Shown here: in pieces, positions 10,007-19,030 of the stretch
Layout of the letters: each line of letters starts with the position of its first letter
Position numbering within the stretch: position 1 is the first letter of the stretch
The notes under the pieces: generated by a model
Told to the model about the DNA's origin: nothing
Databases searched by the model: none
Seen by the model: only the letters and a program-made list of their open reading frames with translations
Program-made: the position numbers and the translations under genes
NCBI GenBank assembly: GCA_965243205.1
Contig: CBDEUK010000002.1
Coordinates: 896,001 to 960,000 of the forward strand
Direction of reading: 5' to 3'
Length of the DNA: 64,000 bases
From: Gammaproteobacteria bacterium
GTDB taxonomy: Bacteria; Pseudomonadota; Gammaproteobacteria; Eutrophobiales; Eutrophobiaceae

Positions 10007-11278
10007 ATGAAACTTGAATCCATCGCTTTACATCATGGTTATGAATCTGAAGCAACCACCAAAGCCGCAGCAGTCCCTATCTATCAAACAACATCGTACA
10101 CATTTGACAACACACAACATGGTGCAGATTTATTTGATCTTAAGGTTCATGGGAATATTTATACCCGCATTATGAATCCAACGACTGATGTGCTTGAACA
10201 GCGTGTTGCCGAAATGGAAGGCGGTATCGCGGGACTGGCATTAGCCTCAGGTATGGCTGCGATCACATATGCAATTCAATGCATCTGTGAAACAGGCAGT
10301 AATATTATCAGTACCAGTCAACTATACGGCGGTACTTATAATCTTTTCGCGCATACTTTTCCAAAACAAGGTATCGATGTGCGTATGGTTTCTGCAGATG
10401 ACTTTGCAGGATTCGAACAAGCGATTGATGAAAACACTAAAGCTATTTTTTGTGAATCGATTGGTAACCCGGCTGGCAATATAGTCGATATCGAACAACT
10501 CGCAAATATAGCGCATAAACATGGCATACCATTAATTGTCGATAACACGGTTGCAACACCTTATTTATGTCGACCAATCGATTTTGGTGCAGACATAGTG
10601 ATCCATTCATTAACAAAATATATCGGCGGACATGGTGTTGCCATTGGTGGCATTATTGTCGATTCAGGAAAGTTTGATTGGGTTGCAAATAAAGATCGTT
10701 TTCCAATGTTAAACGAACCTGACCCTTCTTATCATGGAGTGGTGTATACCGAAGCTCTTGGCCCTGCTGCATATATAGGTCGTTGTCGGGTTGTGCCATT
10801 AAGAAATACAGGCGCATGCATTTCTCCGCATAATGCGTTTTTGATCTTACAAGGTTTGGAAACCTTAGGTTTACGTATTGAACGTCATTGTGAAAACGCT
10901 GAAAAATTAGCTGCATTTCTACAGTCACATAATAAAGTCAGTTGGGTTAATTATGCTGCATTGGAAAATAGCCCATACTCTAAAACCTGTGAGAAGATTT
11001 CTAGTGGCAAGGCATCAGGGATTCTAAGTTTTGGCATTGAAGGTGGCTTAGAAGCGGGAGAAAAATTTATCGATGCATTACAAATGATTTTACGTTTAGT
11101 AAACATTGGTGATGCAAAATCACTTGCTTGTCATCCAGCTTCAACCACCCATCGACAACTGAATGAGGATGAACTCAAAACCGCTGGGGTTTCAAAAGAT
11201 TTAGTACGCATATCCGTTGGCATTGAGAATATTGATGACATCATTGCTGATGTTTCACAAGCATTGGATGCTGTTTAG
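10007..11278 (+). CDS. metY: O-acetylhomoserine aminocarboxypropyltransferase (sulfhydrylase)
   Basis: PIYQTTSY, YTRIMNPT, HSLTKYIGGHG (PLP lysine) and NIGDAKSL motifs. Confidence 0.92.
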   Translation: MKLESIALHHGYESEATTKAAAVPIYQTTSYTFDNTQHGADLFDLKVHGNIYTRIMNPTTDVLEQRVAEMEGGIAGLALASGMAAITYAIQCICETGSNIISTSQLYGGTYNLFAHTFPKQGIDVRMVSADDFAGFEQAIDENTKAIFCESIGNPAGNIVDIEQLANIAHKHGIPLIVDNTVATPYLCRPIDFGADIVIHSLTKYIGGHGVAIGGIIVDSGKFDWVANKDRFPMLNEPDPSYHGVVYTEALGPAAYIGRCRVVPLRNTGACISPHNAFLILQGLETLGLRIERHCENAEKLAAFLQSHNKVSWVNYAALENSPYSKTCEKISSGKASGILSFGIEGGLEAGEKFIDALQMILRLVNIGDAKSLACHPASTTHRQLNEDELKTAGVSKDLVRISVGIENIDDIIADVSQALDAV

Positions 11279-11422
11279 AAATCCATTCGAATAATACCCC
11301 ACGCATTCCTAGCAATAGTCAAAAATCAGTCTTATTGATTGATTTTTGACCGTTTTTTACCCATAATTCAAATACACATTGAATTAACTATATTTTGAAA
11401 TACTTATTTCAAGGAGAGAACA

Positions 11423-12106
11423 ATGTTAGGTTTGCGCCATATTGTTGTTTTTACTACTTTATTTATATCAAACGCTGCTAGTTCTGCTATCGTCCAAACA
11501 TATATATCTAAGTCTGATTTCTTATCGGATACGGGTGCTATAAGCGCTACTGGCGCGCTACCAAATTTAGGCAATGTTGGAACATCCGTCACATTAGGTG
11601 ATATTACCATTACGAATGTGAATGCATCTGCTAATAAAGACATTTTTGTCGGAACAGGTAATGCGACTGACTGGACGACTAGGACTCCAGGCAATGACAT
11701 CGCATTGAGCGGTAATGAAGATTTTAATATTTCTTTAGCGACTGCTGCATTATCTTTTGGCTTTGATGTTGTAGAACCAACAGGGAGTTTAGACATAAGT
11801 GGTTTTACTAATAACTCTATCTTTGAAATATCGCTGTTCAGTGGTGGTTCATCTGGTACGTTGATTGGTAGTGATCAATTTACACTACTAGGAAGTGTAT
11901 TTGGCAATGACTTAGTTGAATTTATTGGCGTTACTGCTGATTCAGCCTTTGATTTTATCACCGTACGAGAAATCGTTTCCCCAGACGGTAATACCAATGA
12001 TTTTTTTGGTGAATTTTATACAGTCGCTGCGGTTCCTATTCCTGCATCAATATGGTTATTCGGAACAGCCATTATTGGATTGATTGGTTTAAATAGAAAA
12101 CCATAA
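11423..12106 (+). CDS. Secreted protein with VPxPA-CTERM (PEP-CTERM-like) exosortase sorting signal
   Basis: Signal peptide; C-terminus AVPIPASIWLFGTAIIGLIGLNRKP. Confidence 0.85.
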   Translation: MLGLRHIVVFTTLFISNAASSAIVQTYISKSDFLSDTGAISATGALPNLGNVGTSVTLGDITITNVNASANKDIFVGTGNATDWTTRTPGNDIALSGNEDFNISLATAALSFGFDVVEPTGSLDISGFTNNSIFEISLFSGGSSGTLIGSDQFTLLGSVFGNDLVEFIGVTADSAFDFITVREIVSPDGNTNDFFGEFYTVAAVPIPASIWLFGTAIIGLIGLNRKP

Positions 12107-12128
12107 TTATTAATAAAAGTATAATTGG

Positions 12129-12156
12129 AAAAGCCCAGAATATTCTGGGCTTTTTT
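12129..12156. terminator. Bidirectional Rho-independent terminator
   Basis: AAAAGCCCAGAA-TA-TTCTGGGCTTTTTT between convergent genes. Confidence 0.85.
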
Positions 12157-12157
12157 A

Positions 12158-12574
12158 TTACTGCTTAATTAAAGTCGCACAACCTGCCGTCGCTTGCTCC
12201 CAAGACTCAAAATAACAAGCCGATATTTTATTAACTCCTAGTATTCGACCATGGTTATATCCTTTACTATTACTGGCAACCCAAGTAAATGAAATATTAT
12301 CTGGATATATAACGCCAAAAAAATTCTTGGTACCGTCAGGATATGTAAACGTACCTCGAAAACGTCGGTCTTTCTGTTCTGTAATCTCTATAACTTTTTC
12401 ACCCCACTCTTTATAGCCTTTAAGATCGGATACTGTGAGGTTTTTCCCTTTCCAAACACCAACTAAGTTCGGAATATTATTAGATAAATCTGAGCTATGA
12501 TGACTAAACATGATAGATAATAAAGCTATGTTAATAAGCAACATAATTGCAAATAACCAATAGATGATTTTCAT
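12158..12574 (-). CDS. Hypothetical protein with N-terminal membrane anchor
   Basis: 138-aa ORF; LVGVWKG lipocalin-like start; terminal Cys pair. Confidence 0.65.
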   Translation of the reverse strand: MKIIYWLFAIMLLINIALLSIMFSHHSSDLSNNIPNLVGVWKGKNLTVSDLKGYKEWGEKVIEITEQKDRRFRGTFTYPDGTKNFFGVIYPDNISFTWVASNSKGYNHGRILGVNKISACYFESWEQATAGCATLIKQ

Positions 12575-12616
12575 TTTAAAGCCTCATTTTTTATCTATAT
12601 AAAATTTATTATTAGT

Positions 12617-13621
12617 TTAACGTAAATCTTGCCCAAACATCATACGTAAAAACTGTTTTCTGTCTGTTTTATTATTACGACGATAGAAATTATATTGAGC
12701 ATGTTTTGATTGTTCATTTGAATTGAACTCAATTCCCCATAACGGTTTATTAGAGTTGGGTAATAAAGCATAACGCATGTCACCAATCACGGAATTATTG
12801 TCAGGTGCTAATGCAATATAACCATCGGAAAATTTAGTAAAACGTTTAATATCATTTGCTAGTACTGAGTTTTTATCTAAATCTGGCAATACTAAATTTG
12901 GATCAAATTTCTCAGAACTATCTCCTTCGTATATTCTTTGTTTCCAGCTGACATGAATTGCATCCATATAATACATATTTTCATATTCATAAACGCTTCG
13001 CCACAAGAATAACGTTAATGGGCTTGGTTTTACTAATAACCTTTGTGCTGTATGACCACGATTATCTACTAACTCTTCAGCAACAGAAGTCGCTCGTTGC
13101 AATTGTATAAAACCAACACTTAGATATACGATACAAAACATTAATCCAATCCCAGCTATTTTAGGCATACTTTTTATAAAACAAAAAATGACGGCTATCA
13201 GTAAAGACAATGTAAAAATAACATCAACAATACCAATAAGATGTAAAGCCAAACGTTCATCCACTACTGGCCATAACCAATAGGTTCCATAACTGGTAAA
13301 TAAATCCAAAGTACCACTGAATAAATAACCTAATAATGAATAATAATATAAGCGTTTAAAACCAAGAGACTTTCTAAAAAAAAGATATAACAGAATAGTG
13401 GCAATTAAAGCGCCTATCGGAATAAAAAAAATCGAATGAGTAAAGTGACGATGATATTCAATACTTAATAATGAATCAGTCGAAGAACGAATGAATAAAA
13501 TATCTGTATCGGCTAATAGGCCTGATAAAAACCCGATAACCGTAGCCTGTTTTATTTCTTTCGATTTTGCTCCAAATTGAGCAACTGCGGAACCAAGTAA
13601 ACCTTGTGTTAAAATATCCAT
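12617..13621 (-). CDS. Inner-membrane metal-dependent hydrolase (YdjM/YbcI-like)
   Basis: MDILTQGLLG, HRHFTHS and LDLFTSYGT motifs. Confidence 0.85.
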   Translation of the reverse strand: MDILTQGLLGSAVAQFGAKSKEIKQATVIGFLSGLLADTDILFIRSSTDSLLSIEYHRHFTHSIFFIPIGALIATILLYLFFRKSLGFKRLYYYSLLGYLFSGTLDLFTSYGTYWLWPVVDERLALHLIGIVDVIFTLSLLIAVIFCFIKSMPKIAGIGLMFCIVYLSVGFIQLQRATSVAEELVDNRGHTAQRLLVKPSPLTLFLWRSVYEYENMYYMDAIHVSWKQRIYEGDSSEKFDPNLVLPDLDKNSVLANDIKRFTKFSDGYIALAPDNNSVIGDMRYALLPNSNKPLWGIEFNSNEQSKHAQYNFYRRNNKTDRKQFLRMMFGQDLR

Positions 13622-13711
13622 AAATTATGAAGAAACTATATAGAATGATAAATTAAAAAACTGTAACGCATGGTTAATATTATATAAAGAATCATTTTTT
13701 ATAATAGGATT

Positions 13712-13771
13712 TAAAGCTCATCAGCTTTTATCTCCCTTCCACGGAGCTTGCCCCCCACAAGCTCCTTTTTT
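13712..13771 (+). ncRNA. Candidate small RNA
   Basis: TATAAT at 13700-13705; hairpin AAAGCT-CATC-AGCTTT; linker TCTCCCTTCC; terminator GGAGCTTG-CCCCCCA-CAAGCTCC-TTTTTT on the + strand between two minus-strand genes. Confidence 0.45.
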
Positions 13772-13802
13772 ATTCATCTAAAAACATTACAAACTCAATC
13801 TA

Positions 13803-14081
13803 TTAAGTATTATTAGTTTTCGTAGAACTATGTATTTGTTCTATCTTTTCTAGAAAAGACAATTTTTCTTTATTGTTCGTTGCTTCGAGTGAAAACTTAT
13901 TATGAAAAAAGATAGTGAGGCTTACATAATCATTCTTGATAACAATTGTATAACCGTCAAAATCGCTTTTGGCTGTTAAACCGTTGTATTGATATTCATT
14001 ACCATTTTTTTGTCCTAGACTAGTAATAGTATTAAATACCGATAAAGATTTTTTTATATTGACTTCGTCGTTCTCTAACAT
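13803..14081 (-). CDS. DUF3081-family protein
   Basis: GLTAKSDFDGYTI...LTIFFHNKF pattern. Confidence 0.7.
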   Translation of the reverse strand: MLENDEVNIKKSLSVFNTITSLGQKNGNEYQYNGLTAKSDFDGYTIVIKNDYVSLTIFFHNKFSLEATNNKEKLSFLEKIEQIHSSTKTNNT

Positions 14082-14169
14082 AATTTATATGGATTAGTAT
14101 AAATACGCCTTAAGAATAAACAATAATTTAAGAACAGACTTATAGTCAAATTAATAAAAATTTATTAAT

Positions 14170-15309
14170 TTATTTTCTTGGAACAAATGGATATAAGGTT
14201 TGACCTATGACCGTTTTAGGTAAAGGTTTCGTGGTCCCATAATCTGCCGGCCAATGTTCATCAGGTAAATGATAAGTACCAAACAACCAATCAAAAATTA
14301 CCGTATGAGCTGAATAGTTAGTATCAATAGCTGGTTTCTCAGAACTATGATGCCAATGATGAAATTGTGGTGTCACAAATATGTATTTTAGAAAACCAAA
14401 CGAAACACTTAAATTACAATGGATCAATACAGCCTGTAAGGCTGCAAACGTAACGTAAATATTTAGAGCGCTCTGCTCAACACCTAATAAATATAAAGGA
14501 ACCATTACCATTGCTCTTTCAGAGAACACTTGAATAAAATGCCCTCTGGAACCTGCTAACCAATCTAAATTTTCGACCGAATGATGAACCGCATGGATTG
14601 GCCATAAAAGTTTAATTTCATGATACGCGCGATGTTCCCAATACAGTACAAAATCAGCGGCTAAAATAATAATAATGACTTGAATAGCAATAGGAATGGT
14701 TTGAATAAATTCTTGTAACGATGGATTAACTGCCCAATCAAAACGGCTTACATGATAGTTTGCATAGATCAATATCGCTGAAATCATCAAATGATTAAAG
14801 CAAAAATAAAAAAGATCCAAACTCCATTCATCTCGTAAAATAACTTGGTTCTTATATTTAGGAAATAATTTCTCCAACGTTGTGAAGATTATGACTGAAC
14901 CTAAAAAAGCTAATATCATCCAGTCGACACCTAAGGACAAACGATTTGCTTCAATAGATTGCAGAGGAACTGAATAACCACCTAAGGCAAAAGCCGCTAA
15001 TGTAATCAAAATAGCAACACAGCCCATGATCTTGTATTGACGTTTACTAAAAAAGAACGTTAATGCTCCAAAAAACAAAGAAAAATACATTGTGTATTTT
15101 AAAACATTCTGAAGAAAGACTGCGCTATATGCTTGTCGTAATTCTTGAGTTGTTAGATATTGAGGAAATAAATAACAAAGTACAGATAAGAAGCTAATAA
15201 CACTTAAGGTCATAGAAAGATAGGCGCTTATCTTTCCTTCGCCAATTCGAAATTGTCGTTCTCTATCTACCTCAACAGTTCTATCACGATATTGATATTC
15301 ATTATCCAT
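14170..15309 (-). CDS. Sterol desaturase / fatty-acid hydroxylase family membrane protein
   Basis: His boxes YWEHRAYH, HAVHHS, IHCN and FHHWHH. Confidence 0.88.
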   Translation of the reverse strand: MDNEYQYRDRTVEVDRERQFRIGEGKISAYLSMTLSVISFLSVLCYLFPQYLTTQELRQAYSAVFLQNVLKYTMYFSLFFGALTFFFSKRQYKIMGCVAILITLAAFALGGYSVPLQSIEANRLSLGVDWMILAFLGSVIIFTTLEKLFPKYKNQVILRDEWSLDLFYFCFNHLMISAILIYANYHVSRFDWAVNPSLQEFIQTIPIAIQVIIIILAADFVLYWEHRAYHEIKLLWPIHAVHHSVENLDWLAGSRGHFIQVFSERAMVMVPLYLLGVEQSALNIYVTFAALQAVLIHCNLSVSFGFLKYIFVTPQFHHWHHSSEKPAIDTNYSAHTVIFDWLFGTYHLPDEHWPADYGTTKPLPKTVIGQTLYPFVPRK

Positions 15310-15321
15310 GAATGAATTTTA

Positions 15322-15361
15322 TCTAATGTTAATATCATTTAACAGTGATATTAACATTAGA
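15322..15361. repeat. 16-bp perfect inverted repeat
   Basis: TCTAATGTTAATATCA-N8-TGATATTAACATTAGA between the cytochrome and desaturase genes. Confidence 0.8.
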
Positions 15362-15374
15362 ATAAGATAAAAAG

Positions 15375-15893
15375 TTATTTATGGTTATTAAGGAATTCAG
15401 CTAAAGCTCCATGAGAAAATCGATAATCTTGATTACTCAATGGTTGATGGCAAGTTGCACAATCTAAATTATTATCTTTAGGTGTACCATCTGTATTATA
15501 GATCGCAAACCCCCAATCTCCAGCTAATTCATTTTTACTCAAGGCACCGTTCCAATCATTTCTTTTTTCCATAACGGCAACCGCGGCTAATTTTCCTTTT
15601 TCAAACAAACCATCTAAGTTCTTCATAGGATTTCCATCAGCATCTAATTTTAGTTTATAAACTTCCATCACAACTTTTGAACCATTATCTAAATTATTCG
15701 CGTCAACGGAATTCACTGCAGCTTGATTAGCATACAAAACAGCAAGTTGCTTACCATTCATACGGTTTCGAGTATCATAATAGGTAAAATCTTGTTTATA
15801 ATTAGTAGGATATTTAACTTGGTCAGGGTTGCCGCCTGCAATGGCAACTATACTCATTAAAAATAGTAAACAACTCAAAGTAACTTTTTTCAT
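15375..15893 (-). CDS. Cytochrome P460 / c'-beta family c-type cytochrome
   Basis: Signal peptide; YAN, GSKVVMEVY, AVMEKR and GDWGFA motifs; C-terminal CATCH followed by DYRFS. Confidence 0.82.
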   Translation of the reverse strand: MKKVTLSCLLFLMSIVAIAGGNPDQVKYPTNYKQDFTYYDTRNRMNGKQLAVLYANQAAVNSVDANNLDNGSKVVMEVYKLKLDADGNPMKNLDGLFEKGKLAAVAVMEKRNDWNGALSKNELAGDWGFAIYNTDGTPKDNNLDCATCHQPLSNQDYRFSHGALAEFLNNHK

Positions 15894-15986
15894 CGTAGTC
15901 TCCTCTTCTGCAAGAATGATTAATTTGTGCTAAAATATTTCGTACACTAAATTATATCAAAGTATAAACAACTAAATTAATATTGC

Positions 15987-16010
15987 AACTATTTAGTGCA
16001 CTAAATAGTT
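15987..16010. promoter_or_regulatory. Putative OhrR operator (24-bp perfect palindrome); degenerate second copy at about 15936-15953
   Basis: AACTATTTAGTG|CACTAAATAGTT; second site TATTTCGTACACTAAAT. Confidence 0.7.
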
Positions 16011-16024
16011 TTTAGGAATTAATA

Positions 16025-16453
16025 ATGGGACCAAAATTAGAAGAGCAACTTTGCTATTCTCTCTACTCAACTTCACGAGCGGTAACTCAAGCGTACAAAT
16101 CACTACTAGATCCACTCAACCTTACTTATCCTCAATACGTCGTCATGATGGCTTTATGGGAAAAACAGTCCGTCACAATAACTCATATTGCTGAAACAAC
16201 AGGACTATCTAATGCAACGCTCACTCCTTTACTAAAACGTTTAGAAAAGAATGGATTTATTAAACGAAAATCCATTCAAAACGATGAGAGACAAAAAGTG
16301 ATTGAATTAACCAGTAAAGGAAAAACATTAGCAATAAAAGCCGACAAAGCTGCCACACAAGCATTATGTGCAACAGGTTTAAATCAAACAGACGTAAAAA
16401 AAATTATGTCTCTTTGCGACTTGATAAAGACAAATCTAAACAACCACAATTAA
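16025..16453 (+). CDS. ohrR: MarR-family organic hydroperoxide sensor, OhrR-like
   Basis: KLEEQLCYSLYSTSR...LNLTYPQYVVMMALWE, with the N-terminal sensing Cys. Confidence 0.8.
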   Translation: MGPKLEEQLCYSLYSTSRAVTQAYKSLLDPLNLTYPQYVVMMALWEKQSVTITHIAETTGLSNATLTPLLKRLEKNGFIKRKSIQNDERQKVIELTSKGKTLAIKADKAATQALCATGLNQTDVKKIMSLCDLIKTNLNNHN

Positions 16454-16497
16454 TCTCAAAAAAACTTATGTTTAGTAAGTCGTATTTATAAATATGA

Positions 16498-16953
16498 TTA
16501 TTTTAAATCGCCTACAATGTTAATGCTGCCTACCATACCTTTTTCTTCATGGTCGTGTTTATGGCAAAATAACCTTAAATCTTTTCCCTTGGTCATTGGA
16601 AAGAAAAACCACTCAATACTTGAGCCAGGTTTTAATTCAATGTCGTGAACTGAGCCATGTATTTCAACTGCCGTATTACCATCTTTTCCAATCACTTCGA
16701 CTTTACGAGTAAAAATATGAGTCGCAAATGCGTCTGATGTAAAGTAATGATCCTCATCACTTGGATTAGTAATCACTAATTTATAATATTTACCTCGTTC
16801 GAAAGTTAATGTGTTGGGTGAAAAGACTTTCTTGTTATCTTTTGTACCAGCAGTTATTACAACTTCTTCAGCTTTAGGTCCATGTGGCTTTTCTGCAGAG
16901 ACAATTGGTGAAAATAAAAGTGATATTAAGAATGTGTAGAATATATTTTTCAT
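16498..16953 (-). CDS. Exported cupredoxin-domain protein
   Basis: Signal peptide; DHYF and LFCHKHDHEEKGMVG type-1 copper-like ligand pattern. Confidence 0.8.
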   Translation of the reverse strand: MKNIFYTFLISLLFSPIVSAEKPHGPKAEEVVITAGTKDNKKVFSPNTLTFERGKYYKLVITNPSDEDHYFTSDAFATHIFTRKVEVIGKDGNTAVEIHGSVHDIELKPGSSIEWFFFPMTKGKDLRLFCHKHDHEEKGMVGSINIVGDLK

Positions 16954-17028
16954 GAGTTTGCAAACCTTTTTATAAATATAAATTAAAATTATAGCAGTTA
17001 ACTTTGTGAAACACAGTCTACAAAGATA

Positions 17029-17430
17029 TTAATAATAGCCACCCTTTGATTCAAACCAATTATTATATGCCTTTAACTCAGCTTTATTCACATTGATTAA
17101 TTGAATAAAGCTTGCACCCCAATGTTTAAAACCTTTGTGAGAAATAGCTACATGCAGTGTTCCTTCTGGAAAACCCAATAGATTATCACTAGGCAAAATT
17201 ACTAGTTCAGATTCATTAATATACTCAGGTATTTTGTGAAATATATTTGAATACAAACTGATATGAACACCAATAGAGTCTGTTTGAATAATTTTAACAA
17301 TCACATAACTATTATTTTCATGCGGCACGCTATATAAACCACCAATTTTCAAATCTTCTGCAAAACTCAATAATGAAAAACTCAAACCAATAAATAGTAT
17401 TAAATGTTTTTTTACTTTAGAAACTATCAT
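17029..17430 (-). CDS. Hypothetical exported protein
   Basis: 133-aa ORF with signal-like N-terminus, overlapping the AraC stop by 4 nt. Confidence 0.65.
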   Translation of the reverse strand: MIVSKVKKHLILFIGLSFSLLSFAEDLKIGGLYSVPHENNSYVIVKIIQTDSIGVHISLYSNIFHKIPEYINESELVILPSDNLLGFPEGTLHVAISHKGFKHWGASFIQLINVNKAELKAYNNWFESKGGYY

Positions 17431-18338
17431 TTAGTTTTTTTATTTCTTGCCTCACCTGGACCAATACCAATCACACGTTTAAAGGCTTTAGCAAACGCAG
17501 CTTCAGATTCATAACCACAACGCTCTGCCACTTCTAAAACACTAATTTCTTCTTGTAACCATTGCCAAGCTATTTGCATGCGCCAGCGGGTTAAATAATC
17601 AATGGGGGATTCATTTAAATATTTTTTGAATTGTTCAGAAAATGCCGAACGAGACATATTGGCAACTTTTGCTAATTTATCAACACTCCATTTGGCTTCG
17701 GGTTGTGTATGAATTGCATCAAGTGCCTTTGAAAGTTTTGGGTTTGCTAATGCTGCAGCCAAGCCCGTCACTTGTTTTGATTCTGTAATAAATTCTCGCA
17801 GAATTAAAATGAATAATGATTCAGTCGAACGATTAATCGCTGCTTGGCTACCAGCTAACGGTGATAAAGATTCAGCCCGGATAAAATCTAATAACGAAGA
17901 AAAAGAATTACCATTTTTCTGATGATTGCTACGTTTGATTAATATCTCAGGCAAAACATCAATCAATGGATTATTGACCAAATGGGTAAAACGGAAATAA
18001 CCACATAATAATCCTACACCATCATCAGCTAGACCTTGCTCATAATCTATAGCATTTTTTTGATTCACTTCTGCTGCACATGCGAAATTAGATTCCAAAC
18101 GATGAGGAGCATCATGTGGAAACATCACAAAATCACCTGCTTTTAAAGATTCAGGTTCATCTAGAGATTCAGTAGTCACCACACAATCACCGTGTACTAC
18201 CAAATGAAAGCTGACTTGACGACTGCCTGACGTATCGATCGCCCAATCACCACAATATTGTGCATTATTAATAATTTCGACCTGCAGACGAAACGTATCC
18301 AGAATCGTACTTAAGGTATCCATCTTAGTTAAACCCAT
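17427..18338 (-). CDS. AraC-family regulator with N-terminal cupin domain (RclR-like architecture)
   Basis: YCGDW, FHLVVHGDC and LLCGYF motifs; C-terminal HTH MSRSAF...GYESEAAFAKAFKR. Start is probably the second Met. Confidence 0.88.
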   Translation of the reverse strand: MGLTKMDTLSTILDTFRLQVEIINNAQYCGDWAIDTSGSRQVSFHLVVHGDCVVTTESLDEPESLKAGDFVMFPHDAPHRLESNFACAAEVNQKNAIDYEQGLADDGVGLLCGYFRFTHLVNNPLIDVLPEILIKRSNHQKNGNSFSSLLDFIRAESLSPLAGSQAAINRSTESLFILILREFITESKQVTGLAAALANPKLSKALDAIHTQPEAKWSVDKLAKVANMSRSAFSEQFKKYLNESPIDYLTRWRMQIAWQWLQEEISVLEVAERCGYESEAAFAKAFKRVIGIGPGEARNKKTK

Positions 18339-18492
18339 TTTTAGACCTCTTTCGATTCTGGACGATCAGACATATTTTGTGGAATTACAAACATATTCAA
18401 TTACTTTCAGCATCACTATTATTCTTACCGTGATTTTAAAACATTCGATGAATAATTTTTAACTTTAATTAACCCTATATAGGAGATGCAAC

Positions 18493-18945
18493 ATGAAAAA
18501 ATTAATCACTTCATTATTACTAAGTTTAGTAAGCCTAGCTTCATTCGCTGGAGTAGATACAGAAACCGATGAAAACGGTGTCATACTCGCAGGCCATGAT
18601 ACCGTTGCATATCACACAGAAAATAAACCTGTGTTAGGTAGTGCTGATATTACCGCAGTATACCAAAATGCGATCTATCGTTTCAGCTCAGAGAAAAACC
18701 GTGATCTATTTGTCGGGAATCCTGAAAAATACGCTCCTGCTTATGGTGGTTATTGTGCCCTAGGTGCTTCGTTTGGTAAAAAATTCGAAGTTGATGGTAA
18801 AGCTTTCGAAGTCGTAAATGGTCAGCTTTATGTCAATAAAAATTTAAGTGTCTATGAAACATGGAAAAAAGATGTTCCAGGTAATATTCAAAAAGCGAAT
18901 ACTCATTGGCCTAACATCCGCAACAAAGCAGCTAGCGATTTATAA
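18493..18945 (+). CDS. Exported YHS-domain protein (Cys form of the YHS (seleno)protein family)
   Basis: GHDTVAY, YRFSSEKNRDLF and PEKYAPAYGGYCALG motifs. Confidence 0.85.
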   Translation: MKKLITSLLLSLVSLASFAGVDTETDENGVILAGHDTVAYHTENKPVLGSADITAVYQNAIYRFSSEKNRDLFVGNPEKYAPAYGGYCALGASFGKKFEVDGKAFEVVNGQLYVNKNLSVYETWKKDVPGNIQKANTHWPNIRNKAASDL

Positions 18946-18967
18946 GATATTTTTATACAAATATATT

Positions 18968-18992
18968 AAAGGCCAGGAAACTGGCCTTTTTT
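18968..18992 (+). terminator. Rho-independent terminator
   Basis: AAAGGCCAG-GAAA-CTGGCCTTTTTT. Confidence 0.85.
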
Positions 18993-19030
18993 ATTATCCT
19001 TGAAAATTATTTTGATATTAAAACCTTTAC

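Noticed and set aside
18493-18945. Selenoprotein in the YHS family
   Set aside because: The relevant codon is TGT (Cys), and there is no in-frame TGA.
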